Positions 1 to 14,404 of a DNA stretch of 64,000 nt are shown here, piece by piece. Origin of the DNA: Hormiphora californensis (lineage: Eukaryota > Animalia > Ctenophora); assembly GCA_020137815.1 (NCBI GenBank), contig CM035355.1:4650001-4714000 (forward strand), read 5' to 3'. Each line of letters opens with the position of its first letter. The stretch's first letter is position 1. The notes beneath the pieces were generated by a model, which did no database searches, was not told the DNA's origin, and was given only the letters and a program-made list of their open reading frames with translations. Both the position numbers and the translations under genes were made by a program.

Positions 1-72
1 TTCCAATCTTCATATATTCTCTCTTTTAGTTCCTCTGGCCCTACTCGCTGTCTATCTCTATCTATCCATCTA

Positions 73-109
<37 letters not shown>

Positions 110-462
110 ACATCTATCTATCTCTCCCTCTCGCTCCCTCTCTCTCAGTAATGAATTACCATCGGCCCATATACCATCGCAATCAGTATACTGAATATTG
201 TACATGTTTTTTTTTCGGAGGAAGAATGAAAGAAAGATATAGGGATAGAGAGGGAGATTGAGAAAGAGAGAAGTAGAGAAAAAGAGGATATCTATGAAAT
301 TATATGGCAGTTAAACACGTATGAAAATATGACAAAGAGAGAGAGAGAGAGAGTTTGGGAACGAAATTGGGAGAAATAGATTGAAAGAGAGAAATAGAGA
401 TAGAGAGAATTTGTGTGTGAGAGATAGTGAGAGAGAAAGAGACGATAGGGAGAGTATATGAG

Positions 463-498
<36 letters not shown>

Positions 499-658
499 TC
501 GTGGTTTGGGGAGCAAAAAAAGCTGCAGCTGCCGTAGACATAAAGCGAATGGTACTCAGCTGTGTGTTAATATATACCAAAATGAAAACACAGCAGTCTA
601 AGTTAGACTCTAACACAGCTGGCAAATGTATTGTAGGAAAGATATAGAGAGATAGAGA

Positions 659-722
<64 letters not shown>

Positions 723-2432
723 TGTTGATACCACCACGTGCTTTGTATTTTACATCATCCTAGCCATTGAACAATTGCATTATGAAACTACCTTTCACTA
801 GTTTTGTACATTAAATCACACTTGTGTCTGCTATCCTTTCTTTTCCCAATTTGAAGACTGCAACTGTTTATCCAATTCTATCTCGCTTTTTCCAATTTTC
901 AGTTAGACACTTCCGTCTTTGGACGAGACGCAGCCCAAAAATGTCTGGCTGAGAATTGGAAAATAGAGATGGGGAACACTGTTGGCATGGCACATCTAGG
1001 ACGGGTGAGCTTTAATTGAGATTTTTCGTTTCTAGATAGTATACATCACATGTGCAAACCTAGCATATACACACCATCTCTAAGGAGAGGGGGTTGAACG
1101 CCGGGGTGCCCGTTTGGATAAGCTGGGGGGGAGGCCCAACCCGTAAAGGGGCGAAGAAAAAGATGTCTCTTCGGCTCTCTTTCAAACTTTCACCCCCATA
1201 TTCCACACACCCTCTCTCCCCCGCTCTCCCTTCTTTCTTCTTCGTCTCTCAGGAAGAACGCACACATGCCCGTCCCTCTCTCTCGATTTATATATTTTTC
1301 TCTTCTCTCTCTCCTCTCTCTTTCTCCTCTTCCTTCCTCTTTCCATCTTAGCCCCCCCCCCCTACTCGCGCAGAGCATGCCTCGCCCACTATGGTTTCGC
1401 GAACCTTTCCATTCACCCTTTCTACCTCTATCTCCTTCTCTATTCTCTCTCTCTCTCTCTCGTCCACTAACACGCACCACTCCCCATGAAACCTAAGGCC
1501 CATGTTGGAACAGGGTTAAATCCCCGACCCGATCCTGTTCCCCCAGGCCTGCGGAGTAAAGGTAGGTAGAACAATGTACTCTCTCTCTCTCCCTTTTTCT
1601 CTCTCTCTCCCTCTCTTTCTCTCCGACTCCAAGATAGATGCTAGTCTTTGTTCACAGCTTGCAGCTCAGATGCCGTTTGCCTCAACATATTAGTTTGCTC
1701 TCTTGATAATGATAGTTCAGTGCGCAACTTTTCCCATCCGCAGCATTTTCTACATTCCACTCGATTTGATTCTTTCTGCTTCTTTTTTACTCGAATAATG
1801 ACTTATGACATGTAAAGAGCTGTTGTTGCGTAACGAAGTTTGAAGTTTTTGCTTCTTTTGTTACATCAGCCGCCAGTAAATTCATTAATTCTAGTAAAAT
1901 ATTATTCATTAATTTTGTTCTGTGGAACTGCATGCAGTTGACAGGTATTTACCCCATTCTTCTTTGTTAAATAATCAGCTGCTTAAATCTAGTCAGTTGA
2001 CAGCTCTATTTGTTTCTAATTCTGCACTGATTTTATTTTATCTAATTTTAGATAAAATAAAATCTTTAGATTCTAAAGACCTCTTTATGTGCTGACAGTT
2101 CTACTTCCAAGCAACCTCTTAAAACTCTCCCCGTTTGCTATTTAGGAACTCAACCAGATCTCCTCTCGTTTATGGGGTGGGGGATATAGGGGTTAGGCAA
2201 GAATTAAGGGTCATAGGAAGATGGATTGGGGCTGGGATACATAGAATTTATACAGCCGATCTAAAACTTTGTAGCAAAAGAATAAATTACGGGTTCACGG
2301 ATAAAAATTTAGAGAGATCTGTGCCACATATATTTTCAACAGTTCTGTGTTAACACAATAAAATGTGTGTTTTCATGTTAGGAACATGTTAGGTTCATGT
2401 TAGGAACATGTTAGTATCATGTTAGGAACATG

Positions 2433-3468
2433 TTACTCTGCAACAACTTCCGGAACAGCTACCTCCGGAACAGCTACTTCCGCAGCAATTTCCTCCAGCA
2501 ACTCAGGGTTGCTAGCCTTGATCATCTCTCCAGCCTCCTTGCTCAGATTAAAGAGCGTCGTATCTCCCTCGGTATCTCGAATGTTGAGGAAGAGAGAGTC
2601 GGCGTTCAGATACATTTTGTTGTTGGATCGGGCTACTGTACTGGAGATGTTCTTAGCGGCTCCGATCCTGTAGGGGGGGGGGGTTAGTGCCGTTAGACAG
2701 GCATAGAGTAAATACATTGGTGAGAATATATTTATATTGGCAGCTCAAGGGGAATATAGGTGAGAGTCGAATGATGGTAGACGGGAAATTCCCGTTGGGA
2801 AGAAGGATCTTCGCTAGAATTAATTGTAGAGAAACACCCAGGATAAAAACCCCACGGGAAAGAAAGAGACAGGGTAATGACTAATGTACAAATTATGTTC
2901 AGGATCAGTCTGGTACATGCTATTCTGGATGTGCATGCAGCTGTTCATGATAGACACACATACAAACAGCTGTGTAGTATTGGGATGTATTACATTGGGG
3001 CCCACAAACCTATCAGATCAAATCTATATTTCCCCGAAAATGTCGTTCTAATGATGAGAAAGATGACCTATATTTTAAAATTACCTTCTCAATTTGAGGT
3101 ACCCAGGGTTGGTGGCAATGGCTGCACCAAGAAGTGTAGCAGCTCGAGCCTCTCCCTCCGCCTGGACAATCTTCTGTTGTCGCTCCTGGACAGCCTTCTC
3201 GACCAAGATAGCCGCTCTTTGGGCCTCCTGTTGGGCTAAAATGGGGGGAAATGGGTTAGGGGGAGGGAGATACATCATTAGTTGGGAGAGAGAACTTGTT
3301 GAGTAAGTGGTAAACAAGAAAGAACGGAGATGGTGTGTTGTTCATGAGCCTGGCAAGATCAGTTGGTCGGGAGATGTCGACTAATGGAGGTATGTGACAT
3401 GACAGATTGATTCAGTGAGAATACGTAATCTGACTTGATGCTTAAAATGAAGGATAATGAAAGACTTG

Positions 3469-3524
<56 letters not shown>

Positions 3525-4633
3525 CCCTCTCTCCCCCTTTTCTTCCCTCTCTCTTTCCCCCCCTTTCCCTCCCTCGCCTTTCCCCCCTCTCTCCTCTTCC
3601 TTTTCCTCCCTCTCTTTCTCCTTTTCTCTCCCTCTCTCTTTTTCTCCTTTTCCCCCCCCTTTCCTTCCCTTTCCCCCCTTTTTTTCCCTTAGGGGGGTTT
3701 GATGCATCGGCTGCCGCCCCCTTTCTCTGTCTAGTGTCTCTCTTTCTGTCTATCTTTCTCTTTTCTTTCTCTCTTCTTCTCTTTCCCTCCCCCTCTCCTC
3801 ACATCGCTCTTCCTTCTTTCTTTCTCCTTTCTCTCTCTCCCCCTCTTTCTCTCCTACAGTGTCCTAGTTCTCTAGTAAACTATATTCTGAGCTATAAACC
3901 AACTCCTTCTAGTAACACATTTCATTAGACCTCACTTTGTCCATCCAATATTAACTCTTCCACCTTTCACCTCATGTTGGTGGAAAACTTACAAATTAGT
4001 TCCGAAAATTATCTCATTTTGGCATAATTTTCCTGGCCTATCACTTACCGACTTGCTTGGATTCAACAGCAGCTGTGTACTGTGCTGAGAAGGACAGATC
4101 GGTGATGGCAACATCCTCTAGAATGATGTTGAAATCCCGGGCTCGGTCTACCAGCTGTTCCCGAACCATGTTACTAACCTAGTGGGAGGGGTGTTACTAA
4201 TGAACTAATCAGGGGGGGGGTGTTACTAATCTGGGGAGGGGTTTCACTAATCATTGTAGTCATTTTGATCAAGTTGGGGAGGGGGGTTCGAGGTGTCAAT
4301 AATCAGTAGGTAAGCGATAGGTAATGTCAGTAGGCAAGAGTGTCAATAGGTTGCATTTATCACGGGGTATCTTTGCACTGTGTTCAATGGGAGGATCAGG
4401 GGCGATGGCTTTAGTTGTCACAATTGTCATATCTCTGACATGAGACAAATAGTTCAAATAGTTCAAGCTCTCGCGCCCAGTTTAAAAGTTATGAATAAAA
4501 GATGTTGATAGCCTTTGTTCTCACCCGAGTGGTTAATGTAACGGTTTAAACCATGTTAATTTTAGGATAGCTTGCTGAATATGCCCATATATGGTTGCCA
4601 ATCTGTCCTCCTCTAAACTACTCTCCGCTGAGC

Positions 4634-4697
<64 letters not shown>

Positions 4698-7600
4698 AGA
4701 GAGAGAAGGTGATTGTGTAAGGCAGCGTGTAATGGAACTTTAACGCCGAGGATCGTACCACGCCCTTTTATAACGCATTGCTCAATCCGCTTTTAGAATC
4801 AATCACTTTGATTTACTGAACTTTGTATACATTGCACATTTGCTTTATCTCTAACTTTACTATCTCGATTAACATCGGTACTGGGGCTTGATTGCATTGA
4901 CCCCCTCTTCTTTTTCTTTTCTCCCTCTCTCTCCCTATCTCTCCCCCCTCGGCCCTCTCTCTCCCTATCTCCTTCTCCATCTCATATTCATTCAGCATAC
5001 TCCAGAGGCTACTTAATTGTCAGAGTGTGTGTTTCTGATACTTTTGTACAACGCAAGCACGCATGTGACACACTAGACCTATATTATATGCAAGCTCTCC
5101 CTCTCTCTCTCCGTCTAGCTCTCTCTCTCCTAGTTAAAGTAACAATCTCTCTCCGTCTAGCCACAAAGCATGATGATGAATTGGATTTTATATTTGACAT
5201 GGTGTATTTTGCTAGAACTCCTTCTCTTGGGCACGGTTTTTTTTGTTGATAATGTGTCGGTCATAATTATAAATTTTCAGTTGTGAACATTTCAATTTGA
5301 TCACTGATCGCCGATAAAAGTCTTTGACCTTTGTGTCTGTTTATCAGCCTGTATTGTCTGTTTGTCAGCCTGTATTGTTTGTGAGTATTGTCAGCCTGTA
5401 TTGTCTGTGTGTATTGTCTGTCTGTACTGTCTGTTTGTCAGCCTGTATTGTCTGTGTGTCCGTACCAGTTGACGCTGAGTGATGAGCTGGGACGCATTGA
5501 ATTGGGCCACCACGGACTTCAGAATCTCGTTAACGATAGAGGGCAACACCCTGTAAAAGAAAATGATGTGAGAGAGACAGAGGGGGTGGGAGAGAGAGAG
5601 AGGCATAAAGAGATGGATAGAGGGCGAGAGAGGAAGCTGGGGGAGAGAGACAGAGAAAGAGAGAAAGTGAGAATGAGAGAGAAATGTTAGTTTGAAAGAA
5701 CGAGAAGGGCCGGGGTTGTATCGAAATTGGACGGGGCTAGGAGAGAAACAATAAAAGGGATGAAGCGGGTAGGTAGGGGTTTGTCAAAGCTGAGATCATT
5801 TGACGTGTGTATAATAGATCGACTACTACAGCTGTGTATGTTGCGGGACAATACTGACGATTACAACACTATTGTACTGTGTGTTAAATTGAGAAAGATA
5901 AGAATTGCTCTCTATAGATCACTCTATTATAGTTGCAATATATATTCCCTGTACTGTTTTGTGAAAATGAATTGACCCCACCCTGCTGGGTAAGAGCTAA
6001 AGAGAAGGTGTCCTAATGTACACCACCTTGATAGTTTGGTATCGAAGACACCTCACACTGGCGCTGGCAAGGGGTAACTTCGTAACCACCTTGATAGTAC
6101 GCGTCGCTGACTACTATTAGTAGTCAGCGACGCGTGTTATTTAAAGATAGAAAGGTTTTTACTCACTCAATAAATTATTTAACTGTGTAACTAACTCACT
6201 TTATTGTATAAATTTACTTACTTACTTAATACAGTCGGACCCCGATTTACTGGGCAAAACCCTGTCCCCGAGCATCCTAGTAAATCGGGGTCCGATTGTA
6301 GCTAACATTGTGTCTTACCTCTCGTTAAAATCTCCACCGAGTCTTCTTGAGATAGTCACCAAGTTGTTAGGGTCAGGTCGGGAGAGTACTCGAAGGGAAA
6401 TATTCACAGTCTGGAGATCCTTACTACCAGTGGGGGAGGTGATTCGGCGGGGTGTCGCCCTGATGTCGTAGATGATGGGCTTGTGGAGCCATGGCATCTT
6501 GAAGTTTAGACCTGGGGAGAGAGAAAGATGAGTAGGTTGGTAGGGTGGTTCTGACATTTAGACCTGGGGAGATATATTGAAATTTAGACCTGGGGAGAGA
6601 AAGAGTTCATGATAAGATGAGTAGGTGTGGTTCTCTTATTTAGATCTGGGTATCAATGAGGGAGAGATATGATATGTAAAATCTAACCATGAGTAAACCC
6701 TAAGCTATGTCTCAGAAAAGATACAGTCAAATCCTGAGCTATTTGTTTCCTAGACATCACGTACCGATATATCTCATTTTCAACATCACTACTCAACTGT
6801 AAAACTACTCCTTTGTTGCCGCCCACTGTAAAACTATGATCGCAAAAGGCAAGCTTCCCCTCGTCCGACCCGAAGTTGGAATTATAGGGGTTTAGTTTGT
6901 CGAACCGGCAAGTTGCTAACATATTTTAAATCTTCACTACTTCTCAAATGATCCCATACTTTCAGTCTAATCCCAAAATCCTATTAAAAATAGAGACAAA
7001 AATAACGGCACCAAACTGTGAAATGCCCTTGCATTAGTGCGAGTAGAATAAAATCAATTTTGTATCTCACCACGTTAATCAATCATTAATTAAGTTAATG
7101 CTCTTATTTGTTTTAGAGGTGCTCAAATTTGATCTAAATGCCGAGTTTATAGCAAGAAAGGACTATTTTACAACGAATTCCCTGGTTACTATGGTAACCA
7201 ACACCGTTGTCATAGTAAATTAATCGAACTCTATCGAGTCTATCGCCAGCATCTGTATGAAACTTTCACAAAGGCTCAAAGTTTGAATATCAAATTTGCC
7301 AAAACTGTGCAGGGGCAAAAGTTTTAATTGATTATTATTAATTAATTAATTAGAAAATCAAAAATCCGGCTCCGTTATGACTCGTATTTATACTACTAGA
7401 ACATACATACAAAGTTTCATTTCGAAATTTCAAACGGTGTGGCCACAGTTCGAATATCAAATTTACCGAAAATGTGCAGGGGCAACATTTGCCGCAAATG
7501 TACAGGGGCAAAATGTGCAGGGGCAAAATTTTAATTGCTTATAATTAATTGGATAATTAATTTTGACTATTCCCACTTTTTGTCGATCTTTCTATATGCA

Positions 7601-9986
7601 TGAACTACATTACTACAAAATGTTAGGTCGTTATTTATAGCAGAACAGAAAATATACCATTTTTAGTTGCCTTGTTCAGGAAATGTGCAGGGGGTCGAAA
7701 TCAGCGGTGCAGGGGAAAGATGGTGCAGGGGCAAAATTTTAATTACTTATAATTAATTAGTTAAATTAAAAATAAGAAATCCAGCCTTTTTATGACTCGT
7801 AGTTATACTACTAGAACATGCATACAAAGTTTCATTTCGAAAAAACAAACGGTTTGGCCACAGTTTGAATATCAAAATTGCAAAAAATGTGCAGGGGTAT
7901 TTGCCCCTGTACATTTTCAAAAAAAGTGCAGGGGGCCCTAAAAAAGTCCATTTTTGCATGCCTATAACTAATTAATTAATTAATTTTCAATACTCCCACT
8001 TTTCGAATATCATTTTTTATGATTGAAGAACATTCCTACAAAGTTTCAAGTCAATATTTCAAGCAGAACGGAAGATAAACCGTGTGCAGGGGCACGCGTG
8101 CAGGGGCAAAAAATCAAAATGTACAGGGGCAATGTGCAGGGGCAAATTTTGATAGCTTATAATTAATTAATTAATTAAAAAATCAAAAATCCGGCCACGT
8201 TATGACACGTAGTTATACTACTAGAACATGCCTACAAAATTTCAGGTCGATATCTCAAACGATGTGGCCGCAATCGCTGCCTGAAATTTGCCCCCCCCCC
8301 CCCCCGAAAATCTTCTATTCTTTGTATATATATGATCGCAAAAGGCAAGCTTCCCCTCGTCCGACCCGAAGTTGGGAGATTCGTCGAAACAGCAACCTTC
8401 AGGCTGTTAAAATATTTTTTGATGCGAGACGGCCTGTTTATTATAGTAGGGTCGGTTGTGGGAAGTTGGGTCTGGAATTTTAAATTTGACTTTCTGATAT
8501 GATTAGGGACTCTATAAAAAGTCCAAAGTACCATCCCACAGGTCTCTACCACCCCCGGTTCACTAATTAGTCGCAATTATGTGATTTATGACGTTATCGC
8601 CAATTAGCACTAATAATACCAGTTCCTGGTCACTTTGAGCTTAGATTTTGATACCAGCTGATAGAGGATCACTAGATTTTTCCGTTTGGCTGGCGGTTGG
8701 CTGGCACCACGTGGGATTACGGGTTTAGGTCGTCGTGGGAGGTCGACATTATTCGCGTTCGATCGGGCTCGATGAGGTGATCAAAAGCTAGTGGGCCAGA
8801 CCTTGGCCCCACCCCGTTCTTGGCTTATTGGGATTTTTCGGTTTCCCGCCAAAATATTTTCCCGCCATATACAGTCGGACCCCGATTTACCGGGCCCCGA
8901 TTTATCGGAACCCCGATTTACCGGGAGGATAATCTTCCCCCGAAATAGGATATTGACAGTTTTTGACCCCGATATACCGGGCACCCCGATTTACCGGGCA
9001 AAACCCTTTCCCCCGAGCATCCCGGTAAATCGGGGTCCGACTGTATATGCTTTATTTTTTTGCCCCTGCACTGCCACTGCACATTTTTTTAATTGCTTAT
9101 AATTAATTGGATAGTTAATTTTGAATATTCCCACTTTTTGTAGACCTTTCTATATGCTTGAAGAGCATTCCTACAAAGTTTCAAGTCGATATTTATAGCA
9201 GAACGGAAAATATTTTCAAATGCTCAGGGGCAATGCTCAGGGGCACCATAAAAATGTCCATTTTTTAATTGCTTTTAACTCATTGATTACTTAAATTTGA
9301 ATATTCCCACCTTTTGTAGACCTTTCTATATGCTTGAAGAGCATTCCTACAAAGTTTCAAGTCGATATTTCAAGCAGATCGGGAGATAATTGCGACTCAG
9401 GTGCCCCTGGGCCACTTTTGTTAGTGCGGGGGCAATTTTAAAATTTTAATTGCTTATAATTAATTAATTAAGTAAAAAATCAAAAATCCGGCTCCGTGGT
9501 GACTCTTAGTTATACCACTAGAACATGCCTACAAAGTTTTAGATCGATATGTCAAACAGTGTGGCCACAATTTGAATTTTAAAATTGCCCAGGGGCAGTT
9601 TTTTCAAATGCTCGGGGGCAAAATTCAGGGGCACCAAAAATGTCCATTTTTGCATGCCTATAACTCATTGATTACTTAATTTTGACTATTCTAACTTTTT
9701 GTAGATCATTTTTTATGCTTGAAGAGCATTCCTACAAAGTTTCAAGTCGATATTTCAAGCAGATCGGGAGATAATTTCGGCTCAGGGGCAATGCCCAGGG
9801 GACAGAACACCCCATGCTCAGGGGCACGGTGCAGGGGCTACTTTTTAATTACCTATAATTAATTAATTAGGCAAAAAATCAAAAATCCGGCCACGTTATG
9901 ACACGTAGTTATACTACTAGAACACGCCTACAAAATTTCAGGTCGATATCTCAAAAAATGTGGCCACAATCGCTGCCTGAAATTTG

Positions 9987-10017
<31 letters not shown>

Positions 10018-11253
10018 GACCTACGTTTGTATATATAGGGCCGGCTTTTTGGATTTGGTGCAGGGGCAAAAAAATTTTTTTCTTCGTTTTTTCTGTTTTC
10101 TTCGGGTCGGAGGTGCCTGCCGGCACCTAAATATAGGGCCGTCACTTTTTGGATTTGGTGCAGGGGCAAAATTTTTTTTTTTCGTTTTTTCTGTTTTCTT
10201 CGGGTCGGAGGTGCCTGCCGGCACCTAAATACTAATTGTGAAATAGCACTGTAGCATTATCCCTTTTTCAATACGTTACTCCCCCAATCAGTTAATTTCG
10301 CAACTACTTTAACCCCCCCCCCCCCACTAGTTAAATATCACCCCTTTTAACCCTCTTCTCCTTTGTCTCGCTTCAAACGCCCACTCTTGACATTTCTAAA
10401 CTGAGTCCCCCTTGGTTTTTTCGATTTTATACCCATACTTGAACATTTGGGGTGTCTTAGAAATTATTTCAAACTATCTTCTCAAGAATAATTTATGAGA
10501 CAAGTACTCTAATACAAAGCACTATAACCACTACATCGTCTTAGAAATCATTATTGCATATTTATTAGATGTATTTGAGCTCCACTAAAATACTTTATCT
10601 GCAATTAAACAATTAATTATAAACAATTAATTAATTTAAATAGCTAATTACCTTCCTTGTAGACCTTCTCCTGGAGTCCATTGAGCCTTGAAAACAGGAT
10701 GCTCCTGTGACCACCCTCCACATTGTAGAAACAGTTCATTCCACCATAACCAAGAGCGAGGAGGGCAGTAGCCGCAACAGCAGAAACACGAGACATGTTA
10801 TACTTTAATGCTATGTTGGGAGAATCGATTAGTTATTGGGTTTATAATTTAGTGTTGTTGGTAAAACAGGGGTCTGCAGCGGGGGGTCGTCAGGGCTTTG
10901 GGTGGGATTGGTACAGTGATCTGTAATAGGGACGAGGGCCGAGACTCGAGGGGTTATAATAGGGATCTTATATCTATAGGGATTGGAACCGGGTTTAGGG
11001 ATATATTAGGTCTGTCTATTAGGGGACTCAGAGTTATACCTCGCGTGTCAGGAGCTCATTCAATATGTGTGTGATAGCTCAATAAAATATATCAGTATGC
11101 TCCCCCTCGGCCCTCGTTCCTCTATCATAACTCAAACATATGAGGGCCGAGGGGGAGCTGATATAAAATACACGTGTGTATATTAGAGCTACTAGCTGCC
11201 TTACCTTTCGCCTGGATTAACATTGGTTTGTAGTCTTTTTGGTTTTCCCCCAT
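2433..11253 (-). CDS. PHB2: Prohibitin-2 (SPFH domain), 7 exons
   Basis: Exons ~11205-11253, 10652-10810, 6319-6511, 5466-5550, 4049-4178, 3085-3235, 2433-2667 have GT-AG ends and compatible phases. Peptides: [141 protein letters not shown]. The last is PHB2-type. Confidence 0.93.
6232..6298. mobile_element. Internally deleted 67-bp copy of the same MITE
   Basis: TA|CAGTCGGACCCCGATTTACT...AGTAAATCGGGGTCCGATTG|TA. Confidence 0.8.
6837..10236 (+). mobile_element. Helentron/HINE-like composite with internal ~410-bp tandem repeats, in PHB2 intron 2
   Basis: 12-bp subterminal IR TCCGACCCGAAG (6864, 8360) pairs with CTTCGGGTCGGA (10100, 10198); each right copy is followed by the hairpin AGGTGCC-TGCC-GGCACCT. 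Internal units with GTGCAGGGGCA and ATACTACTAGAACATGC recur at ~7306, 7723, 8133, 9424, 9828. Confidence 0.65.
8872..9043. mobile_element. Tc1/mariner-pogo-type MITE
   Basis: TA|CAGTCGGACCCCGATTTACCGGG...CCCGGTAAATCGGGGTCCGACTG|TA, with internal CCCCGATTTACCGG repeats. Confidence 0.88.
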
Positions 11254-12942
11254 TTTTTTCTTATTCTCTGCTTCGGTTTAACTTGGATTTTGCATTTTTA
11301 AAATAGTTTATTTTGTATTTTGATGTTTACTTGCTGGACCCCCTTCCCACCGGGGCTGTATCAGGGGATTACACCCCTAGTTCGGACGCTATGTGAGTGC
11401 TTTTGGGGTCTCATCTCTCATTATTGTTTATTATCCCCTTTCATTATTTACCTTTGCCTTAGGTCAAAATTTCCTGGATGGTCCCCCTTTTTTTAAAAAT
11501 TATTATTTTTTTCAAATTTTTTTTTTCCCCTTTTTTTTTAAAAATGGGCCCTTTTTTTTAAAACGGCTAAACCCAAAGGGGGGGAAAGTAAAGAAAGAAG
11601 GGGGGCCTGTAAAGTATTTGGGGAAATTTAAAGGGGGAAAATTTTTGGTTAATTTTTTGGGGGGGGTTTAAAAAAACCCCGGGTTTTTAATTTAAAGGGG
11701 GCCCAAAAAGGGGGGGGGGCCCCCCTATTCTCAGGAAAAAAAGGGAAAAAAAAGGCATCTGGGGGGGTTTGTTTTCCCTTTCTTTGTAAGTTTAAATTGG
11801 GAAGCCATCCCTTCATATACTCAAAACATAGCGAGGAGGTCAGTAGCAGAACGGGCATAAAGTAGCGTTAGTACTTCATGCTATGTTGTAGAATCTTAGT
11901 TTTGGTTTATAATTTAGTTTGTTGGTAATACTGTTTTTTAGGCTAGGGGTATAGCACAGCGAGGGTTGGCTTTCAGTGTCTTTGGGTGTAGGACAGTGCC
12001 GAATAGGCAGGGGCGAGACCGGGTTGTTATCTGATCTTATATTCTTATGCGATGTAATCGGGTTTTTACATTTGTTTTCTTTAGGCCACCATAACTAAAA
12101 AATAGAGTTATACTCCGGTCGACCCATTCAATTGTGCTTGTACTCACTAAATATCATCTAGCCTCCCTCGTCCCTGTTACCTCTATCATAACTCTAAATC
12201 ATTATGTATCCGTATGGTAGCTGCATACTACTAATTAGACGTCCTGTATATTAGAGCTACTAGCTGCTTCCATATGGCGACAGATGTAATGAAACCATGT
12301 GTGTCTTTTGTACAGCGTCTCTCTGTCTCTGACCCTCTCTCTTTCTATATCATCCTCTTTCTCTCTCTATCTCTCTGCCTTGGTTGTTAGCTGTAGATTG
12401 GTCTATTCAATTCTATTCAATTGGTTTATTCTCCTCTGTAAAATTTTATTGTATGACTATGACTATGACCATGTTTCATCCTGATGATATCATACGGTGA
12501 TCTACACCCACTGCACTTATAGTATGAGTCATATGTATGAGTCATTAGTATGTACTAATACTCATACTATTAATTTAGTCGTTATCCTAGACATATATCT
12601 TGAACCGTACGTCCCCGGGAGCGTGGAGACAGTCCAAGAGGTATCCCCACTAGCCCATGATACAGTTGTTGTACAGTTCCCATATTGACCCGTTTTCACA
12701 AAGACAGATTCTCTCACAAACGGACAGGTGTAAAACGTTTCATCAACTCACCTGCCCTTTGGTGATTTGACCGTCTAGTTCACACATTTACAGTGCTTTT
12801 CAAAGACCCGCTCTGACCTGACATGTGTGTATTTGAAGACGTGAGAGAGAGAGAGTAACACCATAACACACATGTGCCATCCACAACAACATTTCATTTG
12901 CAACCACCACCTGCCTTTCTGTCCTCTCTCTATCTCATTTTC

Positions 12943-12987
<45 letters not shown>

Positions 12988-13115
12988 CTAGGTCTTTACC
13001 TTTCTCTCCCTTGCGTGTCTCGTAGTTTTAGAGGACTAATTACGAATGGTGAAGAGGAACACTTGACAGGAACGTGTGCCTCCCTATACTCTATCTTTTT
13101 CTATCTTTTTCTATC

Positions 13116-13155
<40 letters not shown>

Positions 13156-13675
13156 GGCCTCGGAGAATCGCATTAGTTGTACTGTTACAGACCACATTAT
13201 ACGTCGAACGTATTGCTCTCACTATATCTTCCTATCTTTAACTCTCTTTTTCTCTATCTCAGTTAGTGTATAACGCAATGCTTTCTCTCACTCTCACAAT
13301 CTCTCTCTCTCTCTCACCCATTCTCTGTACATCTACACCCATACAGATACCCATCTTGCTCTATGGCCCGTTTATACACGCTGCTGGACGCCCTCTCTCT
13401 CTACCTTGCCCAGCTTAGCTCTCTCCACTTGCTGCGACTCCATTCCTTACCATCTTATCTCACCCTCCCATTCAGTCTCTCTCTCTCTGTGCATCTTTCT
13501 CTCTCTCTATCTCTCTGCCTCTCCATGATGATCTGAGTCTTTCTATCTCAACTCTTAGCTCCAAATATGTGTTTGCAGGTATAGATACTGTAATTGCATT
13601 CGCTGTTGAAATTTGTTATAAAGCAATCGAGCATGAGGAATGAGAGAGCTGATGATGAGGAAAAAAGAAAGCATT

Positions 13676-13886
<211 letters not shown>

Positions 13887-14404
13887 GCAAGCTTTTATTG
13901 TACACCTTCACACCTTAGAGTTGCGTTACCATCCTTGACCTGCTAGTATAACACACGGCCATGATCTCGGATCTTACTGACCCGTTCTATAATTCTCTGT
14001 GATAGTTCCAGCAAGTTTTAAGAGTTTTCACACATTTTCAATCGCTTAAGCCAATAAGATCTCGCTCTATTCAGATAACCAAGAAGCCATAGTTAATAAT
14101 CGATCTTTCATGCTTTTAGAATCCATTAAAATCCATTCGTGAGTGTGCGCTATAGAATAATTCAATATAATGGACTCTATGAGGGACTGTGGCAGTACTT
14201 TCCCACATAACTCTCTTGAATTTCACTTAACTCTTTTGAAATTATGACAGTCTGTTCCCAGTCTGTTACAACTATACATACAGCGAACGTAACACCAATT
14301 AATGACCATCAACTGACCAACTAATTAACTAACTGACTAATTAATTATCCAATTACCATCAGCAAATTAACCAATTAACTGCAATTATAGGATGAAAAGA
14401 GTGA

